A stretch of 64,000 bases of DNA from Zygnema circumcarinatum SAG 698-1b (taxonomy: Eukaryota; Plantae; Zygnematophyceae), in contig CM074811.1 in assembly GCA_037447605.1 (NCBI GenBank), positions 3,348,001-3,412,000 on the forward strand, in the 5' to 3' direction. The notes under the pieces were generated by a model. The model was not told the DNA's origin, did no database searches, and saw only the letters and a list, made by a program, of their open reading frames with translations. The translations under genes and the position numbers were made by a program. Shown here piece after piece: positions 49,210 through 63,477 of this stretch. Positions within the stretch are counted from its first letter, which is position 1, and each line of letters starts with the position of its first letter.

Positions 49210-52200
49210 TCACCCATAAGGACGGCGCTGTAACATGACATTTCCGTTCTGTAATGGGCGGAGCTGTTCCATAAGGGGTTTCAGAAACGCTTTCAGTTCC
49301 TTCACTGTAGATCTCTGCAATGCCAGAGAAAAAAAAAAAGGTTAAGACTTCTACGTCAAACTTCCTTGTGACAGCTTTTCTCCGAAAGGTAAGTAAAAGG
49401 GTATTAAGAAAACGATTCAAGAAGACATCTGTTGACATATTTCTACCGATATATTTATATGTATACCTATGTCTGCGTATGTATGTCTATGTCATGTCTA
49501 TATGTGTATGTATATATATCTATACATAGGTCGATATGAGTAACAAAAGCTGATGCTACATTCATCTTCCATTACGTGCATGCTGGACTGCTTCAAACAC
49601 AGAACTGGATCTATGTGAACAGGCAGACACTAGAGAGTTTATTTTTTTCTTTTTGCTCACCTGAAGATGAAAGCAGTACTGCTCTGCCAAGTTGGGGGGG
49701 CAATGTATGGAGGGGAGAATAACCATAGCAACATGAATCAGAAATTCATCTCCCACTCTCTCATAGAGCTCCTTCTGAGCTTGAGCAATATCTCCAAATA
49801 ACGAAAACTGCCAAAACGAGGGATAGATCTGTCAGTCCAGGAAAGGGGAGGCAAGGAAACGCAGAAGAGAGGGGAAAGTAGGGAAAGCAAGAGGGGAGAC
49901 AACGGTAGAGGAGAGAAGAAGTGGGAGAGGCGAGAGAAGGGAGATGATGGACATAGAAACAACTTTTGCAGAGGGATTCAAGAAGCAATGGGAAGACCTA
50001 TTCAAGATGAAAAGTCTTGTCAAGAACTGGATATGCATGAAAAATTCTTTATAAGAAAAGATCGAGACCGATTAATTTGAGATGAAATAGAGTAGTACTT
50101 ACTGTATTCGCATCTCTTAAATCAAAATTGGACCGCAGAACAGACAAAATGCAGCATTCAGGGAAAAATCGTTCTACTGCAAATTGACGGAAGCCAGGAA
50201 CCTGCACAAACCAGAAAACAGAAACCTTTAGAACAAAAATTTGGAAAAAAAAGCTAGAGGGCTATAAGACTATCCTGATTTCCTCCTCGTTTATTTCCTT
50301 TCCTTCTTCTGTGCTCCTTCTCTTTCCCTCTCCTCTTTCGTTCCTCCCTCAAGAGAGAGTGAGACGCACTACCTTCTCAGAAACACCCCCTGTTCCGCAC
50401 CATTCTGTGATAAGCTTCGCAAAGATTGCCACACATGCCTGCAACATATTACAACATAAGCCCACCCCAAAATCCCAAGGTTTAGTACCCAAATTATATA
50501 AATCCTTGAAGTGCATAAAAAGGAGGAAAGACTAGAAGACCGATCGTCCTGCACTGATGATTTGGCAGTAATCAACTCTCTCCTAATGCCACCCTCTCCC
50601 ATCTCTTCCCCTTTTCACATCCATACATACATCCATACATCCATACATAGTATGCTCCACTCCCCACAGGGCAGCGCACACACTCTCTCTCTCTCTCGTC
50701 CTTTCCTGAACGAGTGCCAAAAGAACCTTTCAGAGATCTACAGGGAACTGAAAGGACCACCCTTTGCTCATGTACTCTTTCATCTCACATTATTAATACA
50801 TCCGGAAACCGGAATCCGGAATCCGGAACGATCATCATTATTGTTATTGTCGAATCGCTCTCACCTTGCGTTGAAGTATGTCGGAATGGCTTGAGCATGC
50901 TTCCAGCAAGAAGGAGATAATCTGAGGGAGACACGCATTGTTTTGAGGGGACAAAAAGACATCGACCAGATCATTGGCGGCGATTGCTTGTAGGAGCATA
51001 ATGTATGCTCGTTGCAGCTCAAGCTGCTCTCTCACCTCCTGCAAAACTCACTCTCACAGGATTAACGACCCCTTTCTCACTCTCCCCCTCTTTCCCTCTC
51101 TCTTTTTTTCTTTCTCTCTATATGGAGCATTGGCAGGTGGATGGGAGGTAGAGAGTTATATACTACAAAAGCATTCGAGAAAATTAGGTGTTCGTTGTTG
51201 GAGTTGAGAAACAGTCTCTCTCTCCCTCCCTCTCTAATTATAGCATTAGAAGCAGATGGAGGGGAGGTAGAGAGACACATACTACGAAAGCATTTGATAG
51301 AAAGTGTGATAAGGTGGTTTTTGGTGGAATTGAGAAACAGAGAAGGGGGCGATATACCTCAGTATTTGCGCCTGTTCCTTGGCGAACACCGATGGCTGGC
51401 AATAAGGCAGTCAGTCGACTAATAAGGGGTGGCAAAACTTGTGTTAAAATAGGGGAAACACCGGACTTGAATTTGTTGATAAGCTGACTCATAAGCTGCA
51501 TGAAGTCCACCATGTCCTTCACCTGCATACCGCAAAAATGTGCAAGAAACATATGAACAAAAAAAGGTCCCCCAAAACAAACTGGGACCACTTAAAACTC
51601 TAATTAAAATTGAAAAACGTAAACAGAATTGTATAGATTTTTCTGAGAAATTGATTTGAACCGGCAATGCAGAGAGCTTAATGGTGAGTGGAACTTCCGA
51701 CGAGGAAAAGACAGGCTAAAACAAGACAAGAATACTACATTTTACTCTCGTGTTTCAACATTTGGAAAAGTGCTCCGGTTTCACTGCAGAATTGGATTCG
51801 TCCAGTTTGAATTTTCCTTTTGAAAATAGATAAAAGCGGAAAATCGACTTAACTTTCAAAATAAGACTCTGGGACTCACCTCAGATTCCTGAAGCAGCTG
51901 CTCAATGGCTGTAGGCAAAAATGGGAAAATAGATGAGCCCAATGTCTCGATCATTCGATGCAAAAAAGAGAAAACCTGCAAGAAACAAATAACCAAAATT
52001 TCCAGCTGACAACATCAGTAAACAAGTATCCAGAATTTTACAAAAAGTTGCTGTAGGAAAACAAGGAGCAACAAACCAAATGTGTAGTATATGCTGGTTG
52101 TGGACATTCGGTGAATGAAATGAAAATGAGATACATGCAGATGGAAGAATGCAATGTTGTTTATGCCCCCAATACAAAAAAGTAGAACAATAGGGAGTGA

Positions 52201-55200
52201 GCAGATCCTTTCTCCCTTCCTCCCTTCGTCCCTCCCTTGTTCTTACCCGAGATCGTAAACTTCTGTTCTTTGGCAGAGCTTGAAGAACCCTAAGGACAGT
52301 GTCCAGTGCCTGCAAAACCCACTTGCATTCAAAGTAAAATTGCAAGCAATGGAACATAATAAACAAATAACAAGAAAAAAAACGTTCAGAGCAAAAAGAA
52401 CATTTCATTCCGGAAACTGCTCTTTTTGCAACCAACAAAAAAAGAACGGAAGTTTAACTCCACGGAACATGAACACGCTTACTACTATACCTGCTTAAAC
52501 AGTGCTCCAATTTCGGGCCTGCTGGAAGTAGTCAGTTGTTCACCAAAGCCCTGCAGGACGAGAAAACGAACGGTTCAAAAAACAACCTTAAAACTATCCA
52601 TCTTCATTAATGAATTAATGAATGTGCAAAAAGAAAGGAAAGAACATAAAAGCATGTAGTTTTACGAAAGGGACGAAGAAAAGCATGAGTTCGCACCTTG
52701 GAGAGGTAGCTGATCGCCAGAATGACCTGCTGCAAGGGCCACACAGCCGACTGTGGACCTACAGAGTCTCCCTGCGGTACCTCTCTTGCTAGTATAACAT
52801 CCACCTGCATCGTACCGAAGGAGGGAGGGAGGAAGGGAGGGAGGGAGGGAGGAGGGAGGGAGGGAGGAAGGAGGGAGGGAGGGAGGGAGGGAGGGAGGGA
52901 GGGAGGGAGGGAGGGAGGGAGGAGGGAGGGAGGGAGGGAGGGAGGGAGGGAGGGAGGGAGGGAGGGAGGGAGGAGGGAGGGAGGGAGGGAGGGAGGGAGG
53001 GAGGGAGGGAGGGAGGGAGGGAGGAGGGAGGGAGGGAGGGAGGGAGGGAGGAGGGAGGGAGGGAGGGAGGAGGGAGGGGAGGGATTCATGAGTTCATGAG
53101 TGTCCATTCATCGGGGATATCTGTCCAGTAATGAGCTATAAACTAAGAGAAAGTCGCTCTCAGCAGTAAGCTCCCTCTTTACTTAACTCTGAAAGACTCA
53201 ACCCTCAACCCTATACCCCCTATACCCTAAAGGAGGCCCAGCAGGAAGCATTTATCTGAACCCAATAGAGTAGTATTAGAGCAAGGGTCTGAAGCCAAAC
53301 AACCTGCTGGCAGAGTGGCACGAGTAAGGCAGAAAGGTACTTGGACATCTTCTCTTGAGGCAAATCCTCCAGTCCAATTAAGAGTCCAACTGCCTGCAGA
53401 AGAGAGAGAGAGAGTGAGCGATAGACACTGAGAAAGAGAGATAAAGAGTGAGGGAGAGGAAGGGCGGAGGAGGAGGGAGAGGAGAAAAGCAAGTAGAACA
53501 AGCAACCGCAATAGACGATTTTGTTTCTGGATGAGTCTCTAGTAGTCAGGAAAAAATGTGATGTAAATTATACCTCAAATGCATAGATTCGTTCATCCAA
53601 AGGGCCGTCAATTCGGTTACTTGCAACAGCTTTAAAAGATGAAGATGTTGCAATCGTTGCAAGAACATCCTGTAAGCTCTGCACACATAACAGAACGTTA
53701 AAAGGAGAAGGTCAATGGAAAATCGTCAATGTCCATTCACATCAAGCCCGAAGTGAAATAATTGAACATGTCCTTGAATGATTTCCATAAGTATGTAGGC
53801 AGACAATTACTCCATACTTAAGGAAAAGTGGAAGCATTTATCCATTCACCCGAGCAAGACCGCTGGCTACATTAAGACTCGGACTTCTTTCCTTTATTTT
53901 CTTGGACAAAAGGCCTCACTGCACGTCGTGCATTCGCAAAGACGAAAAAAAAAAAAAAAAAAACCCCAAAACAAAACAAAAGTGGACTCTCTGTGAGCCA
54001 AGTGACGAATGCAAAACAGCCCTTTCGCAGCTGCTATATGTTTCACCGCAGCTTCCCGAAATCAAAGAAGAGAAGTTCAATGCACAAATTTAAGAAACGG
54101 ACCATAGAAATCACGAAAGCCTCTGGCAGCAAGAAGATAAGATAAATAAGATAAGATAAGATAGATAGATAGATAATTACCTGCAAGATAGATTCCAAAT
54201 ATGGCAAAAGCTGCACTCGAAGAACCTTCACAATACGCATAAGGAGATAGCCTGCACGACTTGCAACATTAATATTTGAGTGGTGAATGCCGTTCCCTCC
54301 TAAAAACACAGCCAGCACCGCCGGAATGTATTGCGAATGCTGCTCAATGAATCGAACATAGCGAACAACTATTTCCAAATAAAGCAGTGCAATTGCTCTG
54401 TGGGAGTGATGTGGAATATTCGACGAAATCACAACAGCAACCATTTCCGCCATAATGCCGCTTCCTGGTTTCAAAGCTTCCTCAGATATTCCCTCGCCCA
54501 GTTGATAAAACATAGCCAAAGCAACCTCCATATCCTCAAAGCAAGGCCTTTGCCCACCAATAGCTGCCACTAAACATGAATGCATGAATGCCTTTGTAAC
54601 ATCAGGGGAAATTCGGGCAATATTCTTCAGTAATGTAAACAAATCCTTTCTGTATTCGGCCATCCTGTCCTCCTCCTCCAAACCGTCCTTGTCTGGCTCA
54701 GCCAAGGAGTCTTCAAAACTTGGATCGTATCGCATTCGAGACCTTAATACTGCAAGAATTTGAGCAAGGTGGTCTTGCTGCTTCGGATTCAGAGTTCCTC
54801 CCTTCTTCATAGTACCTACATAGGCTAGTAAAAACTGAAAAGTGGTCACTGAAATGTCTTCTTCACCGTTCTCCAAAAACTGCAAAACTGTTGGGAGTAG
54901 CTCATTCAGCATATTCTGCGCTAAATCCGCAACCGCTGCCGTCTCGGGGGTGGAAACTGCACCATTACTCTCCAGTTTCTTGCAGCATTCAAGCAATTCT
55001 GAAGCTAAACCAGTGAGGAGTGAAGATAATTTGACGGCAAACTCTGTATCTTTTACTTGGACTATTCCAGCACAGACTTGGGTCATCTGTAACCGCTGTA
55101 ATAAAGCTAATTTCGCTAAGGAATCCATCCTCTTTGTAACAATTGCTAAAAGACAATTGGCAGCGCCTCCCCGGAGCCTGAAAGGAACTTGTGGGGAAGA

Positions 55201-55980
55201 AAGTAATCGGAAAAGTAAAGGGATCCACTGTTCATTAACCACAAGGTTTATGTCCATCCACCCAATGTATCTCTGCATCGTTTCAAGCACGGAGGCACTT
55301 AACTCCGGGTGCACCCTTTCATAACCCGTTACCATTCTATGCCACGCTTCAACAATTTGTGGAACGCATTGCTGTCTCATTGCATCCTTTATCCTTGTGG
55401 CGGCTGCATTCTCTTCCGGAGACCGCGGATAATCTAAACTGATCACTTCCTCATCCAGTGTGTTAAAAACGCGGCACATCATATCAACAACATGCGGGCC
55501 TTGTTCCAACGCCTGCAAGATATCTAAGAAGATCGAGGGCCACCCCGACGGGTATTCCCCAAACGTAAGCAAAACTACAATTTGTGCCAATTTATTCCGC
55601 ACAAAAGGAGCCCGGGACTGGCTACTAACCCCATTAGCCTCTCTAATTCCGGCCTCTGAACCCTCCCCTGTTATACCAGAATTTGCAACTTTGCATCCGC
55701 TACTTGAAACCAGTACTGACGTGAGCGTCTGGCGGAAAAGAAGACGGTCTTCCTGCGAGAAAGCGCTGTACTTCTGCCGAATAACTTCTTCCAAATTCTG
55801 GAGGCACCAGAATTGCACTTCAGCATACTGCGAAACCGCTACTTTTTCAATGCAAATACGCCAAAATCCAGCTGAACTTTTCGCCTGGTCGCAGTAGGCC
55901 TGTGCCTGCGCCTTCAGCTGTGCATCCACAGCTCCGCTCTGATCAAAAGTGAACAGAATTGCCTTTTCAAAGTCATCCAT
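49210..55980 (-). CDS. PSD: Exportin-T / PAUSED (tRNA nuclear export receptor); 1800-nt exon 1 (55980-54181) plus ~12 small exons down to 49210
   Basis: MDDFEKAILFTF, VQFWCLQ, FVRNKLAQ, VVRYVRF, GIHHSNINVASRAGYLLMR, IYAFEAVGLLIG, SKGF, FLHRMIETLG, NFDLRDANT, LAEQYC. These match recalled Xpo-t/PSD sequence, with GT-AG junctions in phase. Confidence 0.93.
52820..53083. repeat. (GGGA/GGA)n tract in an exportin-T intron
   Basis: Direct inspection. Confidence 0.9.
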
Positions 55981-57811
55981 GTAGCGGTGGAGTTTCCTGA
56001 GGCCAGTCGGCAACGATATTTGGCGTCAATAATTGGAACGATTTGAAAGGAGAAATTAGCCGTAGGATACAACAAACAAGTTTAACATTTCATTACTTCT
56101 TTTTTCTACAGCAGGATATGACTCTGATCACTCATAATTCAAGAAGACTCCGCAGCCAAAACTTCCAAACGTTGAGTTCAATCAATTACGACACGAAAAA
56201 CCCTCCCATTCTCTCCCTATCCCTCTCCCTCTCCCTCTTCCTCTCTCTCCCTCTCCCCCTCCCTCTCCCTCTCCCTCTTCCTCTCTCTCTCTCCCTCCCT
56301 CTCCCTCTTCCTCTTCTCCCTCTCCCCCTCCCACTCCCTTTTCCTCTCTCTCCCTCTCCCCCTTCCTCTCCCTCTCCCGCTCCCTCTCCCTCTCCCTCTC
56401 CCTCTCCCTCTCCCACTCCCTCTCCCTCTCCCTCTCCCTCTTCCTCCCTCCCTCTCCCTCTCCCTCTCTCCCTCAAGTGACACTGCTAACCCTGGATACA
56501 ACCGCATTCTCTACGTGACTACACAATTGCACAACAAAAGCACAAAAAATCCGCAGCAAAACACAAATTGCAATTGCATGTCTCCTTCAAACGAAATTTG
56601 CTAACAATCAAGCTAACGTCGGACAAACTGGTTTTTGCCGAAAAACTGAAAATTGCCCGAGTTCAGCAGTACATGCGTCTCCTAAACAATTGTCAAGTCG
56701 ATTTCCTTTCGCTTCATTCGTCTATCAACTAAAAGGTGCCGCAATTACTTCTCTCTAGATAATTTAAGTAGCGCCAGTCCCTCAAAAAACCGCCCGCCCT
56801 GTCTTGCAGTCTTTGAGGGCCATGAAGGTCTGAGACTCTTGAAGTTCAACCATGGCCGTGATCCATACCTCTTAAGCAGGGCAAGCGGCCTGTACTCCCT
56901 CGCTCTCAAGTTCCTTCTCCTCTCCCACCTTTATTCTGCCTTTCCTCTCCTCCTCTCTGTCTCCCTCTCTATCTCTGAGACTCTCCTTCGTCTCCTCCTC
57001 TCCCTCTCTTCGCTTTCTTTCTGTACCTGAGTCTCTCACTCTCTCTCTCTCATGCTCTCCCTCCCTCTCTCCCTCTCCCTGATAGTACCAACAACTGTTA
57101 CAGAGCGGCGCCCTTCAAAGGCGCCTCTCAGGCAGTACAATTCCAGAAATTTCTTTTTTTTCTGACCGTTTATTCGGGCAGTTACTTAACTTATTCCCAC
57201 AAAACTGGAAAAGTTCTTGGAACGAAAAACAATTCGTGTGCTGCCCTCAGAATTAGGACACGGCTGCCCAGTTTTGGAGAATTATTCGTCATCAAAAAAT
57301 TTGAGGAAAATTTATTTCTGACAATGACATTATTTTTGCCCGTAAAAAATGGTCGTACACGAGTGAGTGTCTGCCACGCGGACACACCAGACGGCCATAC
57401 CGTCAGAAGTCGGGCAGCCTCGTGAACGGGCAGAGAAAAAACTTAATGTTAATTTTTTTTGATAATTTGGAAAGGTTTTTACTTTGATATCCTCCTCACA
57501 GTTACAGTCTCTTAGAACAGTAACAGGCACATGGAAACCGTGACCGATAGAGACCCATAGCCAACAACAAAATGAAACAATTCAAAATACTTAAAAGCCA
57601 TTTTATCTCCTTTTTTTTGGAAAGGGGCAGCCAAACATTTTTTTTTCTTAGTAAATGGATTTTTTTTTTGTTCAAACTTCAAATCTTTAACGGGCAGAAA
57701 AGTGCAGGCAAAAAAGTTGCTCGAGCTCAGACCAAGGCCTTGAACCCCAGAGCGAGGTTTTGGTTGCTAGTTGTGCTATTTTACTCGTTTCTCTCCCTCT
57801 CTCTCTCGCTC

Positions 57812-57847
<36 letters not shown>

Positions 57848-58049
57848 CCTCTCTTTCCCAACTCCCTCTTGCATCATCAGATCTGCTTCGGGATCTGCAG
57901 GGTCTCCGAACCATGGAGTGATTCAAACGGATACTTTTCAATGACTTCATTCCTTGCTGCTTTGCAGCTTAGGCCGGGCGATTGTGCTTCACGAGTCATG
58001 GCTTCCCCTTAGCCTTGCTTGAAGAAGACACGTGCAGGGTTAGGCTTTG

Positions 58050-61000
58050 ATGGCGTCTGCAAGTGCAGAGTCCTCCAACTCCTCCTCCATCCCTGCAGGG
58101 AGCTCCGCGCTCTTCACTTTTCTGCCGGCAGAGTGTCAGACTGTGCGCGCCTGCTGCTGTTTGCCTGCGTTCCGCCTCCCCTGGTCTTCCTCTGCACCTC
58201 CTCCCCCTGTCACTGATGGCGCTTCCTTCTCCTCCTCTGCTGCCCTGCAGCGTCTAAGAGAAGGTACGGTATGCGAACGCAATCCCCTTTCTCTCTCTCT
58301 CGCTCTCTTTCCCTTTCTCTCTCTCACACTCTCTCCCTTTCTCTCTCTCTCACTCTCTCTCCCTTTCTCTCTCTCACTCTCTCTCCCTTTCTCTCCCACT
58401 CTCTCTCCCTTTCTCTCTCTATCACTCTCTCTCCTTTTCTCTCTCTCTCACTCTCTCTGCCTTTCTCCCTCTCTCACTCTCTCTCCCTTTCTCTCTCTCT
58501 TTCTCCCTTTCTCTCTCTCTCAATCTCTTTCCCTTTTTCTCTCTTTCTCACTCTCTCTCCCCTTCACATTTCTAAGCGCACTTGATCGGATGGCTGCATT
58601 TTGGAAAGTAGTACCAAAGCTGCACATCCACTTAGACTGTGCGAGAATGTCCAAAATGTCTGATTCAAGGGAGCAACTTGTTCAATTCAGGCACACTGTT
58701 CAACGGTAACCCAATGCTTAGAGATGATTGATTCAATTCAGTTCTTTTTGATTTCTCCAGGACCTCTCGTGTGCCTGAAGTGGCTCAAATTTCGACCAAC
58801 GCATCTAGACCTCAGTTATATATTTTTTTAGTTAGATTGATACTTTCCTGCAGACTTGCATTACCTTGCGTTGGTCTCTTGTCTCTTGGTTTGATTTAAT
58901 CGATTTGCACATATTTCTCTGCAGCTAGTCACCTTACTTGGAATGCAAGGATAGCCTGGGTTGTCATACACGGAACTTTTATCGGAGCTCTCTTCATATG
59001 TGATACTTCGTTATCTCTCGCTTACAAGGGAGGTGATTATTGGTAAGCTGCCTTTGCATGTATTTGGAGCTGTTTACAGAACACCACGCTGAGACGAATC
59101 CGGCCCTTTTCAAGCTTCCTTGCTCTCCTTCCTTTTCAAGCTTTCATGTTCTGCAGTTTGGCTGTTCTGTGTTCTTTTGCGTGGTTTAATGAATGTTCTT
59201 GACCCTCGATCCTGGTTTTGCAGGTATATGGGTTTTTACAGCATGGTTGTGTTGCTAACAGTTATTCAGTATTATGGGACCTCTGGGTCCTCACCAGGGT
59301 GAAGCTCCTTATCACTAGCACTTCTCTTTCTCAGTTTCAGCTTCAATTGTTTAACTTGTTGATCAGAGAAGGGCAGCGTTTTTTCTGTCTTAAAATATTT
59401 TCTGAGATCGCAGTGGGTATTCTTGGGCAGTAGTCATATGAATCGTGGTTGGCTGTTTACAGGAAGGTAATTTTGCAGATATGTGCAGGAGATTCAGGAA
59501 TGCGCACGTCAAGAGTATGCAGAGGAGGACTTAGAAAGCCAAACTACCACTACTCAAACTTTGTGAGTCATCTCTACCACCTTTAGAAACTATAAAAGTT
59601 CCATTTTCATATCAATAATACGAATTGTTCGGTCGGTACAAATATCAAGCAGTATCATCAAAATGTTAATGCAGGTACAAGTTCTTTGCTGGCATTTGAT
59701 CGACATGGCTTACTGAAGGAATTCCTCCATATGAGACTTTTGGATCTTGAAAAAGATGGTTCGTCCGGTCAACATTTGCATGTGCGTGAGATTGCAGGCA
59801 ACAGGATGACCCAAAGGTGGAAGCGTCTTCAACAAGCAGCTTATCGCTTTTTCAGTCTCCTGCAGACGATCTATCTCCATCTGCCTCAGCCACCAGTTTG
59901 TCGGACATGGATTCTGCAGAACAAAAGGCTTCTGATCCGCCAAGGAAGCCGTCCGGCCATTCTAAATGGCACGAGACGAAACGCCAAATAATACGATCGA
60001 ACTCTGAGCTTTTGAGACGGACCGACAGGTGTGGGAACCTCTTGCTCGGTCGCTGGTCTCAGTGTTTGCCCCCGTCATGCAGCAGACTGTAGTGGGCTTT
60101 GCAAAAGTGGCGGTTTATATGGTCTTCATGTATTACCAGTAATGTTTTTATTCCGCCAAGCGTGCTGATGTGCTGGATGCTTAATAACCATTAGGTGGGG
60201 ACCCTTTATGCATTTACATTCCTTAATGTGTTTGCGGAACCGCTACACAACATGTGTGCACCTCGTTAATCTCGGCTTCATGAACAAGTATGGAGCCGTT
60301 TCAAATGGTGCACAGAGCAATATACGGAAGTTTCGCTGACACCATCCAGGCTTTCACCAGCCCTTATGGATGCTATTCTGATAGTAGCTTCACGTACAGG
60401 CAATATGCTTGCCTATTTTTTTTCGTTTGTAGATGTTGTGATGGAAGTCGTTGTACAACTCTTCTACGCGAGATTTAGGCAGTTTTGGTTGTGCTTTTGT
60501 AATGGATTCCGCTGCTTTTGAACAGCATTGCCTTGCAAGCTTTCGGCTTTCTCAAATTGTTTATGCTGTAAAGTTTGTGTCGTTTCTAGAAATGTAGAAT
60601 CTCGAAGGCTGAGGAGCTGAAAGTGTCTTTTTGCAAGGGCCCATCAAATACTGTTGTGTGCTTCATGTCAATCTCATATTGGTACCTTCATGTCCTGATG
60701 CCCCCACCAAGATGGTTTAAGTCTGAATGAAGAGAACAGGAGACCGCTCTTGGTCGACTAATGCAGAGAGAATCACCGCAAATGTGAAGCGCCTAAGCAA
60801 GCCATTGATATGCCTGTTCTGTCTCCTTTACTGGGTGGCAGCAACCGGCGTTGTCCATATTGCAATGTGTGGCAACCAATGCGAACAAAGCACTGTCATG
60901 ATTGTGACAAGTGTGTACTTCGGTTTGACCATCACTGCTTTTGGGTGGGAACTTGTGTTGGACAACGAAATCATCGTCGTTTCTGGTAAACTCTCTTCCT

Positions 61001-63033
61001 GCCCTGCATAAGCAGATTAAGGTAGCATTTTTGCACCACTCTCAGTAATGTATATATGAAATGTGTGAAGATTTCACATTGTTGTTTTAAACCAAGATGA
61101 TGTTGGCATCGCTGCGATGTGTTTAGGAGTACTGCCCATTATTGTTCAATTTATGGAAGCAGTAAATGTAGCTTTGTAATAGAGGATTTGTTGTGAAAGA
61201 AAGCGACTTAGCTCGAATTCGACAGTAGCTGAGACTCAGTAATGACGAGCCATGAGTGCTTGCATCATCGTGCATTTTTTGGTGAAAGACTATGGAGACA
61301 CTTCTGTGCCCACTAACTATTTAGTTTTAAAGCAGTCCTCTAGAAAGTTGCATCTCTATCGGGTATACAAAGGCTGTTATGAAGCGGGAAGAGTTTAGAG
61401 ATGTCTCTCCAGTAATCAGTCGTCCTTTGGTTCCTCTTGACAGGTGGTACCTTTTCTTTGAGTCTCTTTTATCGTGCTGGACATTTGTCATTAGCTTGTC
61501 GGCCTTTGCATGGGAAAATCGAATTGATCTCTGGTGAGCATTATTTCTGCCAAACGTCTAACATTCTTAATTGTTCGCCATAGCCCTTGGCATGTGACAT
61601 TTTATGTAGACTTAAGAGTCCATCAAACTTAAACTTGAGCTTAACGAAGTAGTAGATTGATGCCTCTAAAAGTCATTGCAATCAGTTTTGAGGCCTGAAG
61701 TTGGAAAAGGGCTCACGAGGCATCATTTTGGAATCCTTGTTTGGGTTGGCTACAGGATAGTCCATAATTTTTTGGCTTTCTTCTTAGTTTTTCCCCTTTT
61801 TGCGCTTTCTGCGTTTCTTGTGGTTCTCCTTGGTTTCCACACGTGGGTCTCCTTCCCTAAGCTCGTTGTGGTCAATCAGGGCATTTTTTTTGCTTGATAG
61901 AATTGAAGAGGAGATGAAGAGAGAAAGAGAGAAGCGAGAAGGAAAGGAGGGAGTGAGAGCCTGGGGAGGGAAGGAAGGAGTGGGAGAGGGAGGAAGAATC
62001 AGAAGGTGGTCCTGAGTTTTTATTTGTTATTATGCTGTCCTTTTAAAACATCCTTGATCAGGATGTGTACATGTAATGTGCGTATTGTTTATGGAACGTA
62101 TTTTGCAACTGTTGATATTGTCGTTGAAATTCAAGTCGCTGGAGGTTGGAAAACTGGGGAACTGAGGAATAAAGTGTTCGAGTGCTTTGTATTTTGGATG
62201 CTGTACGGTCCAGCCCAGTTCCCTGCTGCTGTTCACTTCAGCTAGAAATGGCCCACTGCTCAGAAGGAAATGAACACGGCTGTCAGTTTTGAAACGAGAG
62301 GCATAGGAACTGAGCATAACTAACGAGAACTAGAGCTGAAGGAGAGCTCACGGTCGTTAGAATGTCAGTTCTTTATTGTTATTGTTACTGTTACCGTTAG
62401 AATGTTAGTAGTAACGCCTCCGGTTATGGAGTATTTGACATGATTTTCCTTTTGGCTTTTTTCTATTGGTGGCTTGTGTGTTATTCAGATATCTGCTCTT
62501 GACAAACCAAACGACTTATGAAACAACGAGGAGAAAGAGAATACCGTACTTGAGGTGAGTGGCTACCTTTTTCTTTTACGGTCTTAAAGCAAATACGTCT
62601 CTTTCTCACTCTCTCTCCCTCTCTCCTTCTCCTTTCCCCCTTGCACATAAATAGTTGTTGACTGCTGGTGAATTTTCTGTCATACCTTATTTTTTGATCT
62701 TCATTTGGGTTTTTTCTTCGTCCATCGAAGTTTGCATGCTACCTGCAATAGCATTTTCCATGCTTTTTAACATCCCTAAGAATGCCTTACATGTCCCTGT
62801 CTCTCCCTCTCCCTCTCCCCCTCCGCCCCCTCGCCCTTGTCTGGCCGTGCGCCAACAGGCATGTTCCTGAACAAGTTCATCCGTTCAGCATGGGCTTCTG
62901 GAAAAACCTTTACAGCTTTTGCTGCACCCCTAGCGACGTGTATCCTGCCTACGTGCTGCCGTCAGCAACGGAACTGCAACGGAGGGCGGAGACACAGGGC
63001 TGCTGCCAATCTGACTACTTCAGTTGTATGTGA
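58050..63033 (+). CDS. DHHC-type protein S-acyltransferase, PAT10-like; exons ~58050-58263, 58925-59042, 59224-59298, 59479-59562, 59798-60028, 60767-60985, 61444-61533, 61756-61842, 62489-62554, 62859-63033
   Basis: [47 protein letters not shown]; WYMGFY...TSGSSPGYV; [11 protein letters not shown]...RIPYLR; VHPFSMG. The first exon is the least certain. Confidence 0.92.
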
Positions 63034-63391
63034 CGGAATTAGGGCTTGTCCATGTGCGAAGTCTTGAGGCGTAATGCGTTCTGCTTAGGTCTAACGGGTT
63101 TAAAGGGCTATCAAAGAGAAGATATAGAGGGGATTTTTGTTAGTTTGCATGTGTGGGATTCCCAGAATTCACCATGTCTACGTGAAGGCAAACTTTTCGA
63201 GGATTGCCGAGAATAAAAGTTTAGAATACTTGTCAATCTTTTGTAAACCTCACTGTACAAGTGGTCGTGCATATTATCGTAATTTAATCAAAGTTGGTCG
63301 ACGGTATTTTGAATTGTCAACAGAAAGAGAATTGACAACAGATTACTCACCTATTCAGAATATTGCGAACTGTCACCTTTTAGTGGGAGAA

Positions 63392-63477
63392 GTGGCATTG
63401 ATCTCACGATGGCGAGGCCATCAAATGTACATGGACAAAAGCAGCATGTGGAACCGCGAGGAACTGCTCGCAAAGGA
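63392..63477 (+). repeat. Second long copy of the short dispersed repeat
   Basis: Aligns with 47264-47350 through AAAAGCAGCATG...GAGGAACTG. Confidence 0.8.

Noticed and set aside
57913-58010. Upstream ORFs before PAT10 (ATGGAGTGA; MTSFLAALQ...)
   Set aside because: The TSS and 5'UTR splicing are unknown, so they cannot be placed in the mRNA.
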